A DNA stretch of 64,000 bases from Eledone cirrhosa. Lineage: Eukaryota. Position 1 is the first letter of the stretch, and each line of letters opens with the position of its first letter. Below the pieces are notes generated by a model. It was not told the DNA's origin. It did no database searches and saw nothing but the letters and a program-made list of their open reading frames with translations. Below, piece after piece: positions 51,092 to 64,000 of the stretch. Both the position numbers and the translations under genes were made by a program. The stretch is taken from NCBI GenBank assembly GCA_964016885.1, contig OZ024741.1:99324001-99388000 (forward strand), written 5' to 3'.

Positions 51092-51356
51092 TATACTATG
51101 TATGTATATAATGTTAAACAATCAAAGAATAAGACAGGGTGAAGTTGTTAATTAATCCATTGTTGTTACAATCGTTTCAGAGAGCAGAATTATCGTTGTG
51201 CTCATCAATTGATGACAACTCTATACTATTAACCTCGAAAAAGCACTTCAATCCTGCTGGGATATTCGTATCGACACAGTATAGAGTTCAGAAATGGATA
51301 TAAATCCTACCATGTTTAGGTAGAACACACACGCGCACGCACACACACACACACAC

Positions 51357-51433
<77 letters not shown>

Positions 51434-51570
51434 AATATACATACATACATATATATATATATATAATATTATTATTATTATCATTATCATAAAAATGTTC
51501 GTTTATATACAAGATTTGACATGTAATTATATATACAAGCATACATTCATATGCATATATAATATATATG

Positions 51571-51601
<31 letters not shown>

Positions 51602-53624
51602 CATATATAAATAGATATATTTCTTTATTAGATAGATACGTTTGTTGTATTCATTGGATGTAGGCCAGATTTGTAAGATTATATAGTTTTACTCTGTAAA
51701 TATTTAGTTAATTAATGTTTGACAACGAGCCAACAGCATATATAAATATATAGACAATGTATAATTATGTAAACATTATCTCACTACAACCACCCAATAG
51801 ATACTGAATAAATACTTAGACATCATACAACGTCATAATGATTTCTTATATTGGCAGAAGACCAAAGATGTTTTTTATAGTTTGAGGGAGTATAGTCGAT
51901 TACAGTGTATGAAATTTACTTCTATATATGACCGCTATTTTTTACTTTATCGATCGTCGGAAGGATGAAGGGCAAAGTTCACCTCGACGCGATTTGAACT
52001 CGGAACGTAGAATGTTGTAGCTAACTAAATATTATGGCATGTGTGCCACCTTTGTATGTATCACCGCCACCGCTGTATATAATGGCTTCTGATTTAGGGA
52101 CAAGGCCAATAATCGTTTAAATCGACCCCAGTGCATTACTGGTACTTTATTTTATCGACCCCGTAAAAATGAAAGACAAAGCCAACCTCGGCATGATTTA
52201 AACTCAGATTATAAAGGGCTGTAACTATATTACGAGTTAATAACGAAACCTGTAAATGTTAGAAATAGCAGGCTAATCTACCCCCGACTGTAGATCCTGT
52301 TGTATGGAAAGACACATTAGATAATATAGTCCACTTATCGAGAGAATAAAAATGGATAGTTGCAGCTGGAATGTATTTCAATACATTTCATTACGTTTCA
52401 TTACATTTCATTACGTTTCATTACATACTGAGGCTGTATTTCCCGTTCATCTTACCTAGCACGCGCAATAAAATATGTAGCAGTCATGAACTGAGGTTGA
52501 TATAATCAGCTATACGTCTACCCAAAAATATTTCTGGCCGTGTTCCAATGTCAGAAATTCATATTATCACAGCAGTGGTGGGGACAGCACCGATAGATTA
52601 AATGATTCCTTGTATTAAGCCGTGTCCCTTTACTTTCTGAATTTAAAACCCTCCAAAGTTGGCGTCTAAATTTTTATCGCCCCGGTGATCGGTAAAATTA
52701 AACGTTAGTCAAGTACTGGATACCATTAAGTGGTTGCCCGCCCCTAAGTTTAAAATCTCTATCTGTCATTCTTTAGAAACAACATATTGTTGCTAAATAG
52801 ACTTATTTGCTACACTGACATGACTGTGCACTTCATTGTAAGCGTTTACATATCGTAGAAGTTGAGTCTAGTTTATTACCAAAGGTATAAAACCAATGAC
52901 AGTATACTAACTATTCATTCTTCGATATGCGAACGCTAACGTCTTATCCAGTTGATATTTGCACCACTCGTATAAACGATATATGCCTAAACCAACGAAG
53001 ATGCCTCTGCCCATTAGCTCGGATTGCTAGATATAGTAACCAAATCTTCCTCAAATCATGCTTTGCCGTCTTATAAAAGCAATGACGCTATAGATAACAA
53101 AAAACAAAACAAAACGGGGTGATTATGGCTGATTCATAAATCACCTCGATATATTTGATCATAATTCACCTTGCTCAAGTCTTACATTAATAACAACAAC
53201 GCGATATCCTGAGGGAATTTCAACAGAAAGTTTTACAAACGCCATGTTTGATTTATTTCATCCCAAAACAGTGACCTTAAGTGGTTGGGAAATCTATATC
53301 TTACGGCGTGGGCTCCTAATATCTCAACAACTCACAGACTATAGTTCTAGCTATTTCTAATATCTTGTTAATCTCTTGTTAATCATTTGTAGGCTGAATT
53401 GTTTGGCGTCTGGCACAGGCTTCCATCTCCTTCTTACATTCAACGTATCCAGTGTACATTTGGAGAAACCACATACCGAGGGGCTACTTCGCAAATAGAT
53501 GTTGGCTCCCAGCATGTATCCTTCACAAGAATTTATCTCCCTTCAGCCTCACAGTAGGAGTACATTAATATAGATAAAACAAAAAAAGGAGCCTAATGTA
53601 CACACGCACACGTGTGTGCGTGGG

Positions 53625-53696
<72 letters not shown>

Positions 53697-53732
53697 CATA
53701 TATAGATATAGATATATATAAAATATATATAC

Positions 53733-53800
<68 letters not shown>

Positions 53801-54285
53801 ATGCATTATGTGCGTACGTATTTATGTATATAAACAAGAAACAATCTAAGTTTTCCCTTTTTTTCTTGTGGGGTTCTAAAATAAAATCAGCGCCATTCTG
53901 ACACTCTATTATTATTATTATTTTTATTCTTATTATTACTATTATTATTATTATTATTTTCGACGGCAGTGTAATTCGTCAAAATAGATTTCAACCAAAG
54001 TCTTGTCTCTATTCCACAAACAAGTGTTTTATAAACATTCTTGAATGGCAAGTTATATTGATATTGATATTCCATTTGTTTAAACGATCTTTCTTTCTTC
54101 ATTCTGTTTGACATTTCACCTCTTCAGCTTCCCAGCTGCTGTCGGGTATGGTATGGCATGGTAGCATACTGTGTAATGGCTACTCAAATTCATATATATA
54201 TATACATACATATATATATATATACATACATATATATATATATACATACATATATATATATATACATATTCATACGTACATACAT

Positions 54286-54350
<65 letters not shown>

Positions 54351-54436
54351 GTATATATTTATATAGTAGAGAGTGAAGGAGAGTGTGAAAGATACATAGA
54401 TGTGTGAATAAATAAATGAACAAAGAGTTGTGTGTA

Positions 54437-54495
<59 letters not shown>

Positions 54496-54959
54496 TGTAG
54501 TCTTTCCAACGTAAATGATTATAAGAATAGTCGATTGCTCTAAATAATAGTTGACAAAAGCAGGTAAAGTAGCCCTTAAATGCGAAAAAAGTTGACAGAG
54601 CCATTATTGTTGTAATCATTTACGTAGCAACGACTACATTTTAAATGCTTCCAATATTTCTCAAGTCAACTGGGTATTTATATATATGAAAAATTCGGGA
54701 CCCCGACAGCTTTGCTCCTGCCGTTTCAACAGCTAGATCCGAACAGTTTGAATCTAGCTCTTGAAACGGCAGGAACTCAGTCGTTGAGGTCCCGAATTGT
54801 TCATATTACCCACTCTACTACCCCAAATACGAGTACGCTGGTGAGTAATGGTTTACTGAGGTAGACGCGGCTGTTGTTTCTAGCAATTCGAGCAACCACA
54901 TAGCGGTTCCGTCACTGGCTGGTCAACTGGTGGTCGTCCAAGTTGGTAAGAGTTAATGT

Positions 54960-56230
54960 TAGTATGTCCCCAGATAAAGGTCTCTAATCAGAATCTTTCA
55001 TACTTTGCCTATTGTATTGGATTACGCTATGTGAAAAGACATCAATGGATTGAAGAACAGTTTGGTTTCTTACTGGAACGAAGGAGAAGCAGGCACGTTT
55101 CTCCAATTATTGTAAATGCCCTGTACTTTGCAGACGACATAGTGCTAATTTCCCGAGAAATAATATTTTCTACTTTAGGCACAAGGCCAGCAATTACCCA
55201 GTGCATTACTGGTACTTTATTTTACCGACCCCGTAATGATGAAAGGCAAAGTTAACATCGGCGGGATTTGAACTCAGTCCGTAAAGGGACGTAACTATGC
55301 TGCAAAGCATGGCGTCCGACACTCTACCGATACTGCCAATCCACCGCCCTAGAAATCCCGAGAAATAATGAATAATTGTTTCTACTTTAGGCACAAGGCC
55401 AGCAATTACCCAGTGCATTACTGGTACTTTATTTTATCGACCCCGTAAGGATGAAAGGCAAAGTCAACCTCGGCGGGATTTGAACTCAGATCGTAAAGGG
55501 ACGTAACTATGCTGGAAAGCATGGCGTCAAACCCTCTACCGATACTGCCAATCCACCGCCCTCAGAAATAATGAATAATGACAGCACATCAGCTACTGCT
55601 AAGTGTGGAAACAGACGCTTGCAAAGTAGAGTTGAAAAGTAAACATGTAAGACAGGAGATTATTCAAGGAAGTGAAAAACTTTAAATGTCTAGGTGTTAA
55701 GATAGAAAGCAATGAAGACGATTAACGTGGGAAAGGTGCTTGCTTTGTCAGCTTGTGACAAGTTGAAGAGGATATGAACATCATAGATGAGCAGAAGGCT
55801 TAAAGGAAGTTTATTTTTATTGTAACAGTGGAGTTTGTTGTCTTGTATAGATCAGAAGCACGAAGCATAACAAAATAACTGAAAAGGAAAATTGATGGTT
55901 ACTATACAAGAATGTTGCGCATGACACTTAATATTTAGTGAAAACAGAAACTCACCAACATAAAATTGTATCAGCAACTTCCACCAGTAACGGAAAAGAT
56001 AAGACAGACGAGAATGAAACTTGCAAGTCACTGTTCGTCACCATGAAGACATAGCAAGTGATCTTGTTCTTGTTCTATCATCAGATCGATACGCAAACAG
56101 AGATAGAAGGAAAAGAAATTACATTGATAGCCTGCTGAAAAATACCGGAATGGACAGTGTAGCAGAGCTCATAAACCTGGTGATAGATAGAGAGCTTTTG
56201 AGGGCACGTATAAAGACAAATGGGGACCTG
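54960..56230 (+). mobile_element. Decayed RTE-clade (RTE-X-like) reverse transcriptase region interrupted by two SINEs
   Basis: GFLLERRRSRH...LYFADDIVLIS, resuming after 55580 with IDGYYTRMLRM...LYQQLPPVTEKIRQ..RMKLASH. Confidence 0.8.
55160..55561 (-). mobile_element. Two tandem young SINE copies
   Basis: 55160-55350 and 55372-55561, separated and flanked by agaaataat. Confidence 0.9.
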
Positions 56231-56478
56231 GCATTCGACATATTAAAGTAGTATTTGTAAAATACATAACTTCTGAAAGGTTATTAATCGAATTATGTAG
56301 GTAGATATACATTTAATTATATACATCGGATTATGTAGGTAGATATACTTTAAAATAGGTGAAGTTCATAAAACAGAGTAGTATCAAAATGGTTAAGGAG
56401 AGTGAACTTAAAAATGACTCTTTACCTCTGAGTACCGAGAACACTTGTTACGCCACTGTCCCTAAAGATAGATAGATG

Positions 56479-56539
<61 letters not shown>

Positions 56540-56770
56540 ATTTCTATTTATTTGCCACGAGGGCACAAAAGAAGGGGACAAATACACAGTGGGGGAGTTT
56601 ACATAAATCGAGTAAAGAAAAAAGGAATAACAATAATAATATAATAATAAAAAGTCCTCAAAAGGGAGGGGGCGTGTTCGGGATTGCACATACCCCCGAA
56701 AAGTGTACAACCCTTTTCGCGGGGGAAGCCCAGAGAGGAGGCGCTCCCCCTTTCCTCTTCACTTCTTCAC

Positions 56771-59553
56771 CTACAGAACAATGTAGAGAGAAGGCCCATT
56801 TACACGAGCCATTCTCGCTTCTTTCACCCACCTTTCATAAAACTGTCTGGGGCCAAGCACTTCTCTCTCCATCCTGATCCTTCTTCCGAAGTGGTATCGG
56901 AAGAAGTAAACCAGGTGATGGCCGGAGAGAAAGTCATCCGACCTCAGACCTTTCAGGCGCGTCCACCACACAACCTCTTTCATCATGGCTATTACGCACA
57001 GAAAGACCGCCTCTGCTTCGTTTCTGAAGGGAGGCGGCGGCTTGATGTTCACCACAGACTCGGCGGTTAATCGAATCGGCGCCACACGCGACAGCAGTCG
57101 TTCGACGTAGCCCCACAGATCGGCAACGCCCGGGCAGTGTACCAGTGCATGCGCAACGGTTTCCTCGTCGCGCACGCATCTGGGACAGATCTTTTTCGCT
57201 GGATCCCTGCCCGGGCGCCCGTGTCTGTAGAGCTTTTCTCGAACGGGCAGAGCCCCCCCGTAACACTGCCAGGCTAGGGACCTCTGGAAGTTATCCATGG
57301 GTCCCGGGCCGAAAGTTCTACCGAACAGGCTGGCCAGTTCGTCCTCCTCCATGCCTAGCGACTCTCCAAGGGTGTCGTCGCCCCTGCTAGCCACCAGCCC
57401 TCTATAGAATGTCGAGGTGGATTCTCCACTGACAGTCGGGTCCGCTTGCCAGATAGCCGTGAGCGCCTGGGCACACTCGGTGTGCCAGTTGCCCAGTTTT
57501 CTCGGTCTTTGCTTCACCCAGGATTGCAGCTCGGTGAGCGAGACGAGCTGTGGGAAGGCTCGCCTCATAAACGGGGCCCACACCGGCTGACCGTTGAGGA
57601 ATACCTGTAGATGCCGTAGCCTCAATGCGTGCCTACGCATCAACAGCCACGGCATACCCAGCCCTCCTTTCGAAGGGTGCTGGCAGCAGATGGATCTCCT
57701 CACCATGGGAGGCCGCTTCTTCCAGAGGAACTGGAAGAGCATGCAGGTAACCATGGTCGACCCTATCGAACGCCTTAGATTGATCCAAGTTGATCAGGGC
57801 CCCACCAAAGCCGGGTTCGTTGCCAACCCTCTCTATGATGTATCGCATGAGGTGGAGGTTGTCGTGAATGGACCTGGACGGGATAGCGCATGTCTGCGCG
57901 TCTCCCACCAAACCACCCACCACAAGCGCCAACCTCTTCGCCAACACCTTGGCCAAAATCTGTAACTCTGCATTCAGCAGAGTTATGGGCCTGAAGTTAC
58001 TTAAGTCGTCCCCCTTGCTCTCGTCCTTCCTCACTAGCGTGACCACGCCCTTGGTCACAGAACAGGGAATTCTCCCGTTCTGTTGCCAGTTGCAATGGAC
58101 AGCCTCGAGGAGTTCGGAGAACAAGACCGGCATAGCTAAATAAAGTTCGTATGGTAGACCATCGAGACCCGGAGATTTGCGTCTGCTGCATTGGCTGAGC
58201 GCTTCCCCGATTTCAGTGGCTGTGATTGGCCTTTCGCAGCACTCCGCTTCGCCGCTCGAAAGACGCAGTAGACCGTCGAGGTATGGACCGCAGTCCACAT
58301 CCCCGTCCGGCCCCCCGCCCCCTCCGAACAGTCGAGCAAAGTGCCTTTGAAAGGCCTCGCACATCCGCTCAGGTTCAAGGATCACCCGTCCATCCTGGTC
58401 TCGCAAAGACCGAATGGTGGATTTAATCCCACTCTTGGCTTCTGTCACGCGGGCCCAGCTAACAGCTTTGGTCCCCTCGTTTCCTAAAGCACGTATTTTA
58501 CTTCGGACAACGCAGCCTTCGTGCTTCGCGTTAAAGAACTGGCTCAACGCCATTCTCGCCTCTAACACTCTGGCTACGTCTCCGCTCCTAATCGCCTCTT
58601 CTAGTTTATCTGTTAACTCCCTTTCCTTCCTATTTCTATTCGCCGCTAGTTCCTTACTGTAACCTATCGAACTTACTCTAATCTCTCTCTTTAGAGATAC
58701 CCACCACCTACTGTTGACGATCGCTCCCGTCAACCGCATCTTAACTAAGCTACTAATCCGGTTCCTGTAATCTTTCTTTGCCGGCAAGGACAAGTTCATC
58801 TTCCAGTAACCGGGACCCTGTCTATGCGTTCTATCAAGGTTGACCACGCAGGTCACTAATTTGTGATCTGAATAGCCAACCATGATCAATTCTGGACAAC
58901 TAAATACGTCCCTATCCTTACTCCTAACCAAAAACCTATCTAGGTACGATCTAGATTGTCCACTGCGGTTTGCCCAGGTCCAGGTTGGCGCAGTTGGACA
59001 ATCTAGTTGAAATCTATCGACCAGGTCGAATCGATCGAGTAACCCCTTGAGGCTGCTACACCCCCCTCTATCGGGACATGCCCCTGCATAGTCCCAACGC
59101 GCATCTAGGATTCCATTCCAGTCCCCCACTAAAAGCAGGGAACGCGACGTTCCTAGAAAAGTCTCCAGACGCTGGAAGAAGTCGGCTCTTTCCGCCCCGA
59201 AGGGGGCATAAAGACCGACCAGTCTGAAAGCCCCGCCTTCACCGCCCCCGACGTCCAGCACCAGTAATCGACCCCCCGGGTCCGAGTGAACAATCTGTAC
59301 GTCGAGAGCCAGACGTTTATCCAGCAGTACGGCAACCCCACCCCCCCACCCCCCCGCCTCCGGGTTGACAGAGAGATGCGTGCATCTCAAAGTCATCGAA
59401 GGCGGGCGCCAGCTGTCTCACGCTGCTGATCCGACTCTCGCAAACAACCATCACATCTATACTTTGTGACCTGAGGTCATTTAGAAGCTTTGCTTGCTTC
59501 CAAGCTGAGCCCAGGCCACGCGCGTTCAAACAGCCAACTCTCAATTGATCTAT
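56771..59553 (-). pseudogene. Tx1 ORF2 (APE and RT) lacking about 660 bp that include QGCPLS and YADD
   Basis: GDWNGILD, YLDRFLV, SDHKLV, KSPGLDG, NFRPITLLN, then DQSKAFDRVDHGYL joined directly to LFQFLWK; the start codon reads ATA. Confidence 0.9.
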
Positions 59554-61386
59554 TTTGGTGTTGAAAGTGAAGAAAGAAAAGCACCTACCTCTCCGGGTTG
59601 TGTAATTTCCATGGCATCAGGTGTGTTGGGTGGAGGGATGTTTTGTGGTGGTGTGGGGGTACCCGTGTGTGGTGGGGTTGGGGTATTTGGAGTTGTGTCA
59701 GGGAGAGGGGCGGTTATGGGGAAATCTTTCAAGAGGACGCGATTTAACGGTTTTAAACAGGGGGGGGCTCACGTCCCGTCTAAATTGTTCTTTTAAGGAA
59801 CGATAAAGGTCCAGAGGGACCTTTATCATTTTTAAATGGGTGAAGTTCTCTGTTGAGATAAAGTTTGGCCCTTCGGTCTGCACCATAGGGTTATTGTTTA
59901 TTAATTTAACCAGTTTTTTGTTTTCTTTATTTATATATGTGTATTGCAACGTCTTTTTTTGTGATGCTGTCAATGTTTCGGAGAGGGGAGGCGCAGATTT
60001 ATTTTTGTTTGTTGAGGGTGGGGTGTTTTTGATTGGAGTTGGTGTTTGTGTGTGGGTTATTTGTGGTGTGCTGGGTGTGTGTTTTCTTTTTTTCTTTTAA
60101 CTTGTCTGAAGGCTTCTCCTCCTTCTTCTTCAGAAGTTGGGAGAAACTCTTCAGCGCTAGGTGGGAGGGACGTGTTGTGTGGTTGTTTTTTTTTGCGGGA
60201 GGGGTAGATTTGTTACTGTTTTTTTTATTATTTGTTTGGAATGGGTTTTGTGGTGGTGGTGGTAATGTTTGTGTCGTGCTTGTGGTTGGTGATGGTGGTG
60301 GTGATGTTTGTGTTGTGGTTGGTGGTGGTGATTTTTGTGTCGTGCTTGTGTTTGGTGCTGGTGGTGGTGATGTTTGTGTTGTGTTTGTGGTTGGTGGTGT
60401 CTGTATTTTGTTTGCTGTGTGTGGTATTAGTATATTTTTGGAGGTGGGTGGTGTTGGTGTACTGTTTGTGGTGGGTGTGGGCAATAGTTCTTTTTGGGGG
60501 ATACGTTTCGGGCAGTTAACCTTAACGTGTCCCCTTTCCATGCATAAATAGCATGCTGGTCTTCTCCCTTCTACAATTATGTCTATTGGGGTAAGGTCAT
60601 CCAGCCAGATGCGATCCGGGATTTGTGCTATTCTTTCGGGCCTCATTTGGACTAGTATGTCGAGGCCCATTCCCAGGAACGCATCTCCAGTTGCCTTCCC
60701 CATTGACAGCATTGTGTCTTCGCCCATATCTATGAAGCCAGCAATAGCCCACCAGAAGTCCATTGTGGGCAGCATTGTTTTTACTTTTACTCTCTGTGTT
60801 CTTCTACCCATGTAGGAGGGATAGAAGCTGTATGTTGTCGATGAGAGTGGGCTTAGGGAAAGCTTCTCCGCCGTTTCCTTGTCTTTTGTTAGGACCGAAA
60901 TGCTGCCATAGAGTCGGTCCTTTCGTATGAAGAGAATATTCTTCATATAGTCTTTTAGGACCAACTCTATCTCCATTTGGCTGGGCTGTGCTGGCTTTCT
61001 TGTTTGGTTTAGGATTGTTCTGAAGGGAACTGTGTTCTCTGTTCTCGCTTTCTTGAATTCTGGGGGGGGGGGGAGTTAATGGAAAACATTCCGTTCTCCC
61101 CCAAAACAATGTGTTTCTTTGCTTCGACCAGTTTTTCTCTGGCGGCAGTTAGGTCAATTGGTGTGTATGTAATGGATTGTTTTGTTTTCTGGGCGAAAGT
61201 TGCCCTGTTGTTATTTGTATTATTTTCTGTTTGTTTGTTTTCCGTTTGCTCATTTTCCTTAACATTTGTTTTTTCATTTTCTTTGTTTGTTTCGTTGTCT
61301 AATTTTGTTGTAATTATTTTTTGTTCTTCAGACTTGGGGGGCGTGGCAGAGCTAATGGCAGACATGTCTGCCATCTTTTCCGCCAT
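59541..61386 (-). pseudogene. Tx1 ORF1, CCHC zinc-knuckle protein, frameshifted
   Basis: VEGRRPACYLCMERGHVKVNCPK; frameshifts at the G12 run near 61065 and near 60000 and 59760. Confidence 0.85.
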
Positions 61387-61604
61387 GCTGCCAAGAAAGA
61401 AATTTTTCGGCAAAAATAGATATTTATTTTACCCCCTAAAAAGGGGGTAAATGCAAAAATGTTTCCCTAAATAACAGGGGTTAGTGTTCCAAATGTGTTG
61501 CACTGAAAAATTTATCCGGTACTTACAATAGTAAGGGTAAATCCCGATGGAATAGCGGAGCCGATGTGAAGCGTGTCTTACTCTATCAAGATAGATAGAT
61601 AGAT

Positions 61605-62676
61605 AAATTTCTTTATTAGCCACAAGGGCACAAAAGAAGGGGACAAATACAAATGGGGTGTTTACATACAGGTATATGAAAATAAAACTATTAATACAAT
61701 AACAAATAACAATTGAAATCCCCAATAGGTAGGAGGTGTTACACAGGGGTTGTACACACCCCGAAAAAATGTACAAACCTCATCTCCAGGAGCACCAAGA
61801 GTGAGTACTCCCTTCCGCTCTTCCTCTTTTTCCTCAACCTACAGTCTTATATAGAGAGAAGGCCCAACCACTCGGGCCATGTTTGCCACATTCACCCACC
61901 TTTTATAAAATTTGCTGGGGTACAGCACCTCTCTCTCCGTCCTGATTCTTCTTCCAAAATGATATTTGAAAAAACGAATCAGTTCCTCGCCGAAGAGAAA
62001 GGTGTCTGACCTCAGCCCTTTTAACCTCGTCCACCATATAACCTCTTTCACCATAGCCATAACACATAGGAAAACCGCCTCTCCCTCGTTTTTGAAGGAG
62101 GGTGGTCAACTGGATTGTCCCACTCACGACAATAGTCGTTCTACATAGCCCAACAGGTCGGTAACGCCCGGGGGCAGTGTACAAATGCTTGCGCGACGGT
62201 TTCCTCGTCGCGCACGCATCTCGGACAGATCTTTTTCGAAGGGTCCCTACCCGGGTGCCTGTGTCTCGAACTGGTAGAGCTCCTCGGTAGCACTGCCAGG
62301 CCAGGGACTTTTGGAAGTTGTCCATTGGTTCCGGGCGGAAGGTCCCACCGAACAGACTGGCCAGTTCGTCCTCCTCTACGCCTAGAGTTTCTCCGAGCGC
62401 GTCGTCGCACTTGCAGCGGACCCACCATCTATAGAATGTCGAAGTGGAGTCTCCACTGATCGCCGGGTCCGTTTGCCAGAGGACTGTGAGCGCCTGAGCA
62501 CATTTGATGTGCCAGTCGCTCATTTTCCTCGGTCTTTGCTTGACCCAGGACTGCAGCTCGGTCAGCGAGACGAGTCGTGGGAAGGCTCGCCTCACGAACG
62601 GGGCCCACACCGGTTGTCTGATGAGAAATACGTGGAGGTGCCGCAGCTTGAGCGCGTGTTTGCGCATCGTCAGCAC
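61605..62676 (-). mobile_element. 5'-truncated Tx1 LINE, family A-like
   Basis: Matches 40813-41910; bounded by (GATA)n on both sides. Confidence 0.9.
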
Positions 62677-62765
<89 letters not shown>

Positions 62766-62899
62766 TTACCATTTTAATAATCCTTACATATGTTAACTAC
62801 AAGTTAACTAACTGTAACGTTTTTTATGCAGATGACGTCGTTGGTTAAAAATTTACTCCTATCTAAATAGACTACTTAGTGTTATTATACCATATATTA

Positions 62900-63290
62900 T
62901 CTAATTTAAGAACAAGGCCAGTCATTTTGAGGAAAAGGATATAGTCGATTACATCGACCTCTGTAAATAACTGGCAATTTATTTTATTGACTTCATACAT
63001 ATAAAAGGTAAAGTCTACTTCGGCGGATTTGAACTCAGAATATAAATAGATGTAATTAAATACCGTAAAGCATATTGCCCGTCACTCTACCGATTCTACC
63101 TAGCCACTACTTTAGCCTATAATATACATTTATTTTTAACTATGGTAGAAAGGAACGGTACAGATCGATCCTGTATTTGGCTACTATTTGTTTTGTAAAC
63201 CTCGGCGTGATTCGAATACTGAATATAATGAAATATAACTAAATGGCGCCTGATATTTAGTCCGATGTTCTACCGATTCTGCTGTCCACA
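62900..63290 (-). mobile_element. Old diverged copies of the major SINE
   Basis: ggatttgaactcag and cggcgtgattcgaa B-box remnants. Confidence 0.55.
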
Positions 63291-64000
63291 AGTGCCAACG
63301 CGCAAACCATTGCAGAAATGTTATCATGAAACCCTTAATTCCAATGTTAGTTTCTTTCTCCTTTCTGTTGATTTAAGACCGAAGACTTGACATGTTGGTC
63401 ATTTCACTGAAGTGGTGGAAGCAAATATGAAAAGCCAGAGAAAGTCTATAGAATAAATAAACATATACATCTGGGTGACATGGAACCTTTGGACGTATTC
63501 CGAAATTCTTGAGACTTTCCGAAATACCATAGCACTTTATTGGTATGTTTATTTATTTCCTCTGTGAATGGCAGGATATCTCTAAATTACTTACATCTGT
63601 TAACAGATAGAAAGAAAGAACAAGTTTCTATTATCTTACCAAGTTGTTGTTCTTCTTGTTTAATTCCAATTCAGCTGTCTCGACAGATCTTTTATTAAAT
63701 ACGTTCCAGCCATGGCAATCGCGTCTGTCACGACGCACAGAAAAGGATACACAGGAGTGCACACACAAACATAAACCTACCCTCAATAGAAAACAGAAAT
63801 AGAATAATAACTATCTCACGACCTAGTGACGAGGGACGAAAATATTACGACAAAGGAATGGGACACACCAGAAAGCACAGTTAGGCCTAACGACAAGCGT
63901 AGAGATGTGAATGAGTGTATACACATGCACATGGATAAGTAAGGGCCTACGAAAGTTGATGGGAGGTCGGTCACCAGGGTATACATAAATACATCGCATA

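Larger units (their letters stand above)
56539..61588 (-). mobile_element. Tx1-clade LINE family B, both ends present, internal RT deletion
   Basis: Flanked on both sides by (GATA)n; ORF1 and ORF2 are homologous to family A, with a different 5' UTR. Confidence 0.92.

Noticed and set aside
53340-53560. Possible coding exon in a balanced-GC island
   Set aside because: No frame stays open between plausible splice sites and no recognisable peptide.

Overview
AT-rich, repeat-saturated eukaryotic DNA. The SINE families and microsatellite load suggest a cephalopod/octopus genome (inference). I cannot support any host protein-coding gene, and most long ORFs in the track are microsatellite translations. 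Main contents: (1) about 8 copies or fragments of Tx1-clade (L1 group) non-LTR retrotransposons from at least two families. Seven adjoin (TCTA)n/(TC)n tracts in a fixed orientation, and they form two head-to-tail arrays (34.4-41.9 kb plus, 56.5-62.7 kb minus). (2) A Penelope-like GIY-YIG fragment with an inverted terminal duplication. (3) About 9 hammerhead-ribozyme motifs with complete cores, found by eye, plus several decayed ones, carried by short non-coding elements that often fold back and sit in (TA)n tracts. (4) RTE-clade LINE fragments, two tRNA-derived SINE families, a palindromic tRNA-like element present twice, and DNA-transposon MITEs. The best leads are the dense, diverse hammerhead-carrying short elements and the microsatellite-associated Tx1 arrays, which share a covarying 3' stem-loop and a breakpoint cluster.
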